Positions 30,501-37,887 of a stretch of DNA of 64,000 nt are shown piece by piece. A model generated the notes under the pieces. That model was not told the DNA's origin, did not search any database, and saw nothing but the letters and a program-made list of their open reading frames with translations. Made by a program: the position numbers and the translations under genes. This stretch comes from a virus. Location: the IMG/VR virus record IMGVR_UViG_3300045988_167206, positions 96,001 to 160,000 of that record; one strand, 5' to 3'. Every line of letters starts with the position of its first letter. The first letter of the stretch is position 1.

Positions 30501-30537
30501 GAAGCTGCATCCTGCAGCTTCTTTCTTTGTGTTTTTT
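30501..30537 (+). terminator. rho-independent terminator of the mini-ORF transcript
   Basis: 9-bp stem GAAGCTGCA/TGCAGCTTC, 3-nt loop, then TTTCTTTGTGTTTTTT. Confidence 0.8.
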
Positions 30538-30632
30538 GATATGCTCCCAATCTAAAAGACCTGAGGTCTCCCAGGAAGGATTTTCACCTTCGAGTTCCCA
30601 GCATGGTGGGCGGTAACTGTTCATATCTTTAA

Positions 30633-30717
30633 CGCAAAGCAGAGTATTCGAAACTCAATCCAATAAAGGATCGCATGACTTAGCAGGTCAGCTCCGTGCC
30701 TCACGGATTTACTTTGC
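30633..30717 (-). tRNA. tRNA-Ser(GCT): tRNA-Ser (GCT), class II
   Basis: Acceptor GCAAAGT/GCTTTGC, D stem TCCG/CGGA, loop CTGCTAA, variable arm ATCC/GGAT, T loop TTCGAAT. Confidence 0.75.
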
Positions 30718-30785
30718 AATTTTAAAGGAGAGGGAGGATAAAACCTCCCCAGAAAAAAGAAAGAGGTAGTAACTATAACAAATCA

Positions 30786-30815
30786 ACAAAAAAATATTGA
30801 GTGTAAAACACTCAG
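30786..30815 (-). terminator. rho-independent terminator immediately 3' of tRNA-Leu(TAA)
   Basis: Minus strand: TGAGTG-TTTTA-CACTCA followed by ATATTTTTTTG. Confidence 0.65.
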
Positions 30816-30901
30816 TGCTATCTGTGGGACTCGAACCCACACTTCGTGTTTCAGAAACAGGATTTTAAGTCCTGTGCGCCTGCCAGTTACGCCAAGATAG
30901 C
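30816..30901 (-). tRNA. tRNA-Leu(TAA): tRNA-Leu (TAA), class II
   Basis: Acceptor GCTATCT/AGATAGC, A73, loop CTTAAAA, 17-nt variable arm, T arm GTGGG-TTCGAGT-CCCAC. Confidence 0.85.
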
Positions 30902-30912
30902 ATTTATTTATA

Positions 30913-30985
30913 AGCACTATATGAGAGTCGAACTCATATCATCTGATTGGAAGTCAGATATCATGTTCCGTTAAACCAATAGTGC
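30913..30985 (-). tRNA. tRNA-Gly(TCC): tRNA-Gly (TCC)
   Basis: Acceptor GCACTAT/ATAGTGC, loop CTTCCAA, T loop TTCGACT. Confidence 0.85.
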
Positions 30986-31016
30986 ATCGGCAGGGAAGCG
31001 GAATTCTGCCTTCTAA

Positions 31017-31036
31017 TTCTCTTATTACCTACTAAA
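31017..31036 (-). repeat. 20-nt spacer block, copy 1
   Basis: Plus-strand TTCTCTTATTACCTACTAAA; 18 of 20 nt identical to 31267-31286, exactly 250 nt away. Confidence 0.6.
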
Positions 31037-31140
31037 TTATAAAGAGCCATGGTTTTATAAAATTTCGGATCCTCTGTAGAAAGAGGATAACATTCTTTAT
31101 AATTACTCATTCTGAGATTATACTTAGTACTTCCCCAAAT

Positions 31141-31209
31141 AGCGGAGGCTGGATTTGAACCAACGTCTCTAGAGCATGAATCTAGCAAGGAACCGCTCCT
31201 CTACTCCGC
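31141..31209 (-). tRNA. tRNA-Met(CAT): tRNA with CAT anticodon (elongator Met or Ile2), short D loop
   Basis: Acceptor GCGGAGT/CCTCCGC with two mismatched inner pairs, anticodon stem CTAGA/TCTAG with loop TTCATGC, T loop TTCAAAT. Only 69 nt long, with G at position 37. Confidence 0.65.
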
Positions 31210-31266
31210 GTTATTCGTATATTTATGGTAGAACTATATCTATGTCGTCTTACAACATACAGCATG

Positions 31267-31286
31267 TTCACTTATTGCCTACTAAA
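31267..31286 (-). repeat. 20-nt spacer block, copy 2
   Basis: Plus-strand TTCACTTATTGCCTACTAAA. Confidence 0.6.
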
Positions 31287-31390
31287 GATTTCGTACTTAA
31301 ACCCGATCAGGAATATAATAAAATCACTCGGTTAACACATGCAATTATATTCCGTGTACCTATCTACACCAAACTTTCAGGCACCATAGT

Positions 31391-31462
31391 TGGAATGACG
31401 GGATTTGAACCCACAACGTCTTGGTCCCAAACCAAGCGGACTGCCAAGTTGTCCTACATTCC
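31391..31462 (-). tRNA. tRNA-Pro(TGG): tRNA-Pro (TGG)
   Basis: Anticodon stem CTTGG/CCAAG, loop TTTGGGA, T loop TTCAAAT. Confidence 0.85.
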
Positions 31463-31471
31463 AAAATTAAG

Positions 31472-31544
31472 CTCTCCCAGCAGGACTCGAACCTGCGACA
31501 CAACGGTTAACGGCCGTTTGCTCTACCAACTGAGCTATAAGAGA
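31472..31544 (-). tRNA. tRNA-Asn(GTT): tRNA-Asn (GTT) with C instead of U at position 33
   Basis: TCTCTTATAGCTCAGTTGGTAGAGC..., anticodon stem AACGG/CCGTT, loop CCGTTAA, T loop TTCGAGT. Confidence 0.75.
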
Positions 31545-31583
31545 ATGTAATCAGGGTAGGAAAGTATCCTACCCTATATTTAG

Positions 31584-31859
31584 TTACGCATTTACTGCTT
31601 CTTTGATCTGTTTTCCAAATTTACATCTTACAGCATTTTTAGCATCGACCATTACAGTTTCACCTGTTCTTGGATTACGAGCTGTACGAGCATCCTTATG
31701 TACTGTAGAAAGTGTAACGCCATCCATCAGTTTAACCTCATCGCCTTTTACAAGTGTATCAAATGTAACTGCCTGGATAGCTTCCATAACGGACTTAATA
31801 TCCTTCTGTGTAAATCCTGTCTTTGTTGCAACTTCTTTAATCATTTCTACTTTGTTCAT
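31584..31859 (-). CDS. hup: HU/IHF-family DNA-binding protein
   Basis: MNKVEMIKEVATKTGFTQKD...ARTARNPRTGETVMVDAKNAVRCKFGKQIKEAVN is a near-canonical HU sequence. Confidence 0.9.
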   Translation of the reverse strand: MNKVEMIKEVATKTGFTQKDIKSVMEAIQAVTFDTLVKGDEVKLMDGVTLSTVHKDARTARNPRTGETVMVDAKNAVRCKFGKQIKEAVNA

Positions 31860-31899
31860 TATAAATTTCTCCTTTTATTCATTAAAAATATAGTATTTT

Positions 31900-31932
31900 G
31901 TGTATAATAAAAGCGGTGCATAAAACACCGCT
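31900..31932 (-). terminator. rho-independent terminator
   Basis: Stem AGCGGTG/CACCGCT followed on the minus strand by TTTTATTAT. Confidence 0.65.
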
Positions 31933-31949
31933 GATATTGACGAGTTTAT

Positions 31950-32288
31950 TTAGTTGAAAATATTATTTGCGATCTCAGCTCCACGATCACCAAGAATTTC
32001 ACAAGATATAATGTAAGACACAATCTCATTTCCTTCTTTGTCTTCACGTTTTACTTCGATGCCTTTACATTTTGGATTTTTACATGCCATAATGTTTCCG
32101 TGAATATAAGTCATTGGAAGACCACATGCTTTACATATATGCTTATTAACGAATGTTTTTTGCTGTTCTGCAAGCTTTTCGCTATCTCGTGTCTTTTTGA
32201 TGACTGGTTTCATTCCCCAACCTTCTCTAAGAGCAGCTAAAGATGTGTAATGTTCAGTAGTTCCCTTTGACATTCTATAGTTGTTCAT
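31950..32288 (-). CDS. Zn-ribbon protein (112 aa)
   Basis: CKACGLP...CKNPKCKG, with a good SD (AAGGAG). Confidence 0.6.
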   Translation of the reverse strand: MNNYRMSKGTTEHYTSLAALREGWGMKPVIKKTRDSEKLAEQQKTFVNKHICKACGLPMTYIHGNIMACKNPKCKGIEVKREDKEGNEIVSYIISCEILGDRGAEIANNIFN

Positions 32289-32562
32289 TGTAGATCTCCT
32301 TGTTTCTCAAATAATTATTTGTACACCCGGATGTACCAAGCCCATCCGGTAAGGCATTACCATTATCAAATTCGAATCCCATATTTCAACACGCATCGGC
32401 AATAGCGCAGAAGGTTTTACTTTTTTTCAAACAGCTGTCTGACCACATGTATCCATATTCTACGTATAAACATGGACCTGAAGGATCAACGAAGCAAAAA
32501 GTTATTCCCCTCATATACCACACGCTATTCGAATTGCGAAAAACACTGATTTTATAAAGGTT

Positions 32563-35430
32563 TTAGAGCAACTTTTTTTTTGATATTCTGCAGTTTTTCC
32601 GGAAATTTTGCAAAAATGCATTTTTGTCCATTCTATAAAGAAGATTTAAAAGATTGCGAGTGTATCTTGAATAATCTTTCTTTTTTCCTCTTGTACTTGT
32701 ATTCAAAGCAATTTCAATTAAACGGCTCATTGTTTTCGGATTAGAAATTTTCATTTTTCGTAAATCAGTTAAAATTTCTTCAAATCTTTCTGTATAAGCC
32801 ATGATATCATCGTCAGACATATCATCTTTACTCAATTCATCTAATTCTTTGGCATAATTAATAATTTTTTCCATTTGTCTGTGATTAGCCTTTCCAGGTA
32901 CATCAACGATAAATTCTTTTATAGGAATAGCATCTTTTTGTGATGCCGGTGCAATCTCATTTAATATTCTTTCAAGAAAATTCATAGGACATATATAATA
33001 GGAAGAAACTCTGTTATAAAGTTTGTTTTTCTGTTCCATAACAATCTCTCTATCAATTTCTTTACCATTTTTGGTATAAGCAATTTTTCGTGTAAACTTC
33101 ATAAATTCCGGGAAATCTCGTTTTATTTTTTTCACATTTCCATCTTTATCAGTAATCTCTTCAACCTGGCACATACATGGCAACCCCTTTATTCGTTTAA
33201 TTTCTTCTATAGCGTCAACTTCATACTCTCGTTTACATCCATCAATAATAACCTGGGCTAATACAGAAAGAATCACAAAATTATCGTATAATTCTTTGGA
33301 TGGTTCGGTCCAATAGTATGTCATAGCAAGCTGTGCTAAGTTACTAGATTCTCCGATACCAATACGTGATTTTGCAAATTTGTTATCCATACGAGCATAT
33401 TCCTTCATTGTATTCTTATAGGTAAGACCACTTTCTTTAAGTTTGTTCACTATAGTAGGATATTTTTCGTATGCGGCTTTCGCACTTTTTACCATTACTG
33501 GATTATTGGTCACAAAGAAAAAATCGGAATCAAAATCACATCCATTGGCACGATCCTGAATATCTGTTTCGATACAGTTCACAAACATAATGTTGTTACT
33601 TATCTTAAAATAACGAGATAATTCAGGACTATAATGATTATGTAAATAGCAAATGTTATTTGGACTATTATGTGGATTTCTGATACCACATAGATATTCG
33701 CCATCATCAAAACGAGTAGTATAACACTGAATTGTTCCAGGCTCCGGGCGAAGAGTGGGATCTGACTCCGGATCTTCACCAACTGCTTTTAATAAAAGTG
33801 CATATGGATTACCAAAAATCGTAAGATTGTCGCCGTCTATAGTAATTTTACCGTTACGAAGTCTATTTACATAGTTACGAAGAATCTGCCTTTTCTCGTA
33901 TCTAAACCAAGTACTATCACCAAATTCATAGTCCTGGTCATATAGATCTGCTAACATCTCATAATGGTTTACTATAGTAGCATTTTTTCTCAGGAACCGC
34001 TCGAAGATATCATTTTCCAGCTTCATATCTTCAACATAATCAACACTGGTTCTCGCCAATTCACGTACTTCAGACATTCCACAGCATAATAATTCACTAT
34101 CTTCTTCATAAGATGGGAGAGTATTGATCATCTGATAGCTCATCTGCTGAACGCTGCCTAATTTACTTGGATGATCAGTTTTTACCACGCCCCAGTAGCT
34201 TCCGTCTGCATCAACACGATCACACCAATATTTATAGGCCGCTTCAGGTGTTTTTCCCATCAAATCCATGAATTTCTTCCATTTAATGGCATTATCAGTA
34301 GTGATCATCTTAATATCTTTGAGTTTGTGTGATACTCCGAACATATCTTTAACTTCATATGTTTCGTAGTCTAAATCATGTTCCTCGCACCAGTCCTTAA
34401 AAAATAGCTGCAATTTACTTTTGATTGCACATGCCTTAAAGAAATGTTGCCTGAGCAACGCCATACCATTGATCCATTTAGGTAAAATAGAGATATCTGC
34501 AAGAGCAAGTCCATCATGTAATGTATTTTTTACCTCTGTCTCTTCATCAGAAACAACACATTTTTTCTTTGTTACCGGCACCATTTTATATCTCCGGCTG
34601 AATTTAGGAGTAACACCATCTTTTAAAAATTTCTTCTCTCGAATAGCTTTTTGTTTTGCTGCTTCAGTAGCTTCTTCATCAAGAACCTTTTCGTATGCTA
34701 TATATTCTTCAGCTTTTACTATTTTAGCCATAGTCTTAAAAAAGCTATCAGTGTCCTTTAGAATCAAAATATCTCTAACAGGGCAATAAAACTTTCCTAC
34801 TATGGTAGAAGTAGTAAGAGGAGCATAAGCAGACATCTCTACAATTTTTGCATTATCAATAGGCATTTTCTTTCCGAGTCCCATTGTAAGCCAATCATAA
34901 GACTTCTTATATAATTTGCTATTGATAAACATTACCTGGCCGATCTTAGCTTTAGAGGAGTTACGATACAGCATTTTATAATTAATAGTCTGGCTTTTTT
35001 CACCATCTTTTTTAGTGTATTTCGATTTATATTCTATGTTAACTCCTTGATCATAGAACAACTCACGTATTTCATCCTTAGATAATTTCCAATAATTATC
35101 TTTATTTTTTTCTACATTATCAAATATCTGCTGGATTTTTTTCTTTGATTCCGCTGTAAGAGAAGCATCATGTTTAAAACCTTTAAATTGTTTACGTAAA
35201 TGATCAAGTTCTTCTTCGTAACTTCTGCTACCAAAATCAAAATCCAAACAGATAATATCTCTAGTACTCGTATCATTCCAAACATTAAGGCCATTTTCTC
35301 TAATCCAATCATAAAACAGACTATTGCTAAACATTGCTTCAGTCGAATCATAATGATCACGAACTCCCTGATTACAACCAAATAGAGTACCGGCTTTAAT
35401 ATTCCGTATTTTTAAACCAAATTCAGACAA
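32563..35430 (-). CDS. YonO / RdRP-like single-subunit two-barrel RNA polymerase candidate (955 aa)
   Basis: GIRNPHNSPNNICYL then, about 40 aa later, ANGCDFDSDFFFVTNNP (DFDSD = nt 33523-33537). This parallels the RNPxxHPGD...GGDbDGD catalytic segment of YonO/cellular-RdRP-type polymerases. N-terminal MLYRNSSKAKIGQVMF and MSAYAPLTTST resemble upstream RdRP-family blocks. TTG start. Confidence 0.55.
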   Translation of the reverse strand: MSEFGLKIRNIKAGTLFGCNQGVRDHYDSTEAMFSNSLFYDWIRENGLNVWNDTSTRDIICLDFDFGSRSYEEELDHLRKQFKGFKHDASLTAESKKKIQQIFDNVEKNKDNYWKLSKDEIRELFYDQGVNIEYKSKYTKKDGEKSQTINYKMLYRNSSKAKIGQVMFINSKLYKKSYDWLTMGLGKKMPIDNAKIVEMSAYAPLTTSTIVGKFYCPVRDILILKDTDSFFKTMAKIVKAEEYIAYEKVLDEEATEAAKQKAIREKKFLKDGVTPKFSRRYKMVPVTKKKCVVSDEETEVKNTLHDGLALADISILPKWINGMALLRQHFFKACAIKSKLQLFFKDWCEEHDLDYETYEVKDMFGVSHKLKDIKMITTDNAIKWKKFMDLMGKTPEAAYKYWCDRVDADGSYWGVVKTDHPSKLGSVQQMSYQMINTLPSYEEDSELLCCGMSEVRELARTSVDYVEDMKLENDIFERFLRKNATIVNHYEMLADLYDQDYEFGDSTWFRYEKRQILRNYVNRLRNGKITIDGDNLTIFGNPYALLLKAVGEDPESDPTLRPEPGTIQCYTTRFDDGEYLCGIRNPHNSPNNICYLHNHYSPELSRYFKISNNIMFVNCIETDIQDRANGCDFDSDFFFVTNNPVMVKSAKAAYEKYPTIVNKLKESGLTYKNTMKEYARMDNKFAKSRIGIGESSNLAQLAMTYYWTEPSKELYDNFVILSVLAQVIIDGCKREYEVDAIEEIKRIKGLPCMCQVEEITDKDGNVKKIKRDFPEFMKFTRKIAYTKNGKEIDREIVMEQKNKLYNRVSSYYICPMNFLERILNEIAPASQKDAIPIKEFIVDVPGKANHRQMEKIINYAKELDELSKDDMSDDDIMAYTERFEEILTDLRKMKISNPKTMSRLIEIALNTSTRGKKKDYSRYTRNLLNLLYRMDKNAFLQNFRKNCRISKKKLL

Positions 35431-37172
35431 TAATGATCAGACCTCCTTGCTAATGTTTCATTTGATCTAGCAAGATCGTTAGAGGATATTATTTCGTATG
35501 TAGGAAGATGGTGACTGTCTCGTGGTAATATAATAGGATTGGACACAGAATTTAAATCAAGAGTTTCCGCTCTATGACCTATTGAATTTGCTTCACTTGG
35601 ATAAGCATATGCATGACTACTTATATGGGCAGCAGAAGTAATAGTTCCATTTTCAGATGTAGGTAATGGTCTAATTGAATCAATATCAAGGTGATGCTCT
35701 CCAAGAATGAAATTCATACTCCCAATAGATAAATTTCCACTAAGATATTCAATTTTATTATTTGATTTTTCTTTTTGTAGTGTTCTCAATTTTTTCAATT
35801 TTACATTTAACTCATTATTGGCCTTATTTAACGCCTGGTTAATAGATTTCCGACTATAATAAGTCTTTTTATGCATAAGTTGGGTTTTCAACCTAGTAAT
35901 TTCAGTTTTTAAATATTTTATTTCTTTTTTTAATTGATCATCTTCATGCAACTTATTATATCTTCCAATATAATACTCATTAAGCGCGGGAGAAAATAAT
36001 TTTGTCAAATCATTCCAAGAAGCAAACTCGATTTCTTCAATACTAACCGATTTTGCATAATCAATAATATTCTTAACAAATTCTAAAGTAAGAAGAAAAG
36101 TTTCATATTTTAATGTACTTTTAAACATTCTGAATTCAATGGTATCCGGATGCTGTAAATTCAGCGCAGCCTTCTTACCTTCATCTGAATATTTTCCAAA
36201 TAATGTGATAGCGGTATCATCTTTTCCTCGATCACCAACAAATCTACTATAATCTGTATGCCGTCTTCCAATAACACAAATTTCATCATTAAATTTCTCA
36301 ATGATATATAGAATCTTTGAAATTACAAGCTCCTGTTGTAATTTAGTTTTACCTAGGTAAGATCTGTTTGCATGAATATGTAATCCGGCATTACTACAGT
36401 CATGTCCTTTATAACCTTGTTCATCAAGATATTTAAACATTTCTTTATAATTCATTTTGGTCTGATGGAATTTAAGACTGCATGGCATTGTATCAAGTTC
36501 GATTTGTACAGTCCCATCATGTGTACTATAAATATATTTCTCTTCATCAGAATCTGAAGTATTCATGATCTGAATACATTTTTTTACAACATCCTGCTTA
36601 ATAATTTGATCTATTTCTGGAAGATTTCCTGCAACCTCAATTTCTGCACCAAGTAGAAGAGTAGTAGATGGATCTTCATCTTCACAGAAATATCTTAAAT
36701 ATTCAGGTTTATAGTCATATGAATGAATATAATATTTTATTCCTGTATTAGAAACTCTGCGTTGAGTCTCTAATCTTCTTATATTGTTATCTCGATTAGT
36801 AGAAAGTCTACCGCTATACCAATTAAATATATCGTTTGATGAATTAAACGGTATTAATCCATGTGAACCAAGATCATCTATATATTCGTCACTATAATAC
36901 ATACAACAGGGATCGAAATAAAACCTGTTGCTATAATTATCTGTAAATTCAATTAATGTATCTTTCACTAATTTACAAAAATCCACATAATTAAAATTAT
37001 AAGTATACCATCTATGATTATCTCGTATATGTTCACACATTATTCTGAGTGTTGATTGGCTATTAATATTTATTTGTACATCAATATCAGTCACCAAATT
37101 TCCATCTATAGTAAGTGGATCCTGCAGACTTATAATATGTCCATCAAGTTCCATATCTGGTAGTAATCTCAT
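35412..37172 (-). CDS. Amidoligase_2-type (glutamine-synthetase-like COOH-NH2 ligase) protein with long N- and C-terminal extensions
   Basis: LLLGAEIEVAG, HDGTVQIELDTMPCSL, NAGLHIHANRS and HPDTIEFRMFKSTL match the four conserved amidoligase blocks. The C-terminus is a coiled coil. Confidence 0.7.
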   Translation of the reverse strand: MRLLPDMELDGHIISLQDPLTIDGNLVTDIDVQININSQSTLRIMCEHIRDNHRWYTYNFNYVDFCKLVKDTLIEFTDNYSNRFYFDPCCMYYSDEYIDDLGSHGLIPFNSSNDIFNWYSGRLSTNRDNNIRRLETQRRVSNTGIKYYIHSYDYKPEYLRYFCEDEDPSTTLLLGAEIEVAGNLPEIDQIIKQDVVKKCIQIMNTSDSDEEKYIYSTHDGTVQIELDTMPCSLKFHQTKMNYKEMFKYLDEQGYKGHDCSNAGLHIHANRSYLGKTKLQQELVISKILYIIEKFNDEICVIGRRHTDYSRFVGDRGKDDTAITLFGKYSDEGKKAALNLQHPDTIEFRMFKSTLKYETFLLTLEFVKNIIDYAKSVSIEEIEFASWNDLTKLFSPALNEYYIGRYNKLHEDDQLKKEIKYLKTEITRLKTQLMHKKTYYSRKSINQALNKANNELNVKLKKLRTLQKEKSNNKIEYLSGNLSIGSMNFILGEHHLDIDSIRPLPTSENGTITSAAHISSHAYAYPSEANSIGHRAETLDLNSVSNPIILPRDSHHLPTYEIISSNDLARSNETLARRSDHYCLNLV

Positions 37173-37318
37173 TCTTCCTTCTCCTTCCTATCATTATCTT
37201 TATAAATAGTATCTTCATATTTCTTTTGAATAGCACATAATATCCAACATAAGAAAACCAATAATAAAATCATACAAACTACAAAAATAATGACTGCAAT
37301 ATTTAATAAATTCATAAA

Positions 37319-37564
37319 TCATTCCTCTTTTTTTAATAATTTTTCTATGGTATCATTGGCTTTTTCTATAACGTCTTTATCAATATTTACATTATTAGCG
37401 GCAAACAATAACTTCTCACCGCAATGCTTACAAACATCTAATTTTTTATATCCACTCCATATCCACTCTCCGCACATTATGTTCCAAAATCTTCCAGAGC
37501 GTTTTACCTTATAATGGTAATCTGCTTCGTTCTCATGACAAATATCACAAATACATTTTTTCAT
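37319..37564 (-). CDS. Zn-ribbon protein (81 aa)
   Basis: CICDICHEN...CKHCGEK. Confidence 0.55.
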   Translation of the reverse strand: MKKCICDICHENEADYHYKVKRSGRFWNIMCGEWIWSGYKKLDVCKHCGEKLLFAANNVNIDKDVIEKANDTIEKLLKKEE

Positions 37565-37567
37565 TAT

Positions 37568-37876
37568 TTAATTCTCCTCTATTATGGCAATAGCTTTCTT
37601 AGTACAAGGATCAGGATATATTTGTTTTATTCCATATTCTGGTAACGCCCATTCTTCCCATGGAATGAAATCATGTTTTATAATTCCATTTTCTCCTATA
37701 GAAATGTCTTCTGTGTTTAAAACAGCACTATAAATAATAACCGTAACGTCAGAGAATATTTTATTTCCGACAGAAGAATATACAGCGACTCCTTTGTATG
37801 TTATTTTGTAAGTACCATCTGTATTTCTTTCAATAAGAACCGACTGTGGTTTTTTATCAGCAATAATACGAAACAT
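37568..37876 (-). CDS. hypothetical protein (102 aa)
   Basis: ORF coupled to its neighbours. Confidence 0.55.
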   Translation of the reverse strand: MFRIIADKKPQSVLIERNTDGTYKITYKGVAVYSSVGNKIFSDVTVIIYSAVLNTEDISIGENGIIKHDFIPWEEWALPEYGIKQIYPDPCTKKAIAIIEEN

Positions 37877-37887
37877 AATTAATCCTC

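Noticed and set aside
30775-30900. A 41-codon plus-strand frame starting at ATA after the orphan AAGAAAGAGGTAGT block.
   Set aside because: It is entirely antisense to tRNA-Leu(TAA). Its Cys/Arg-rich product looks like a by-product of the tRNA sequence. It is kept only as evidence of a recombination scar.
29748-31550. Track ORFs 29748-30041 (+), 30961-31188 (-) and 31176-31550 (+).
   Set aside because: They run through or antisense to tRNA genes and spacers, have no SD, and have unnatural composition.
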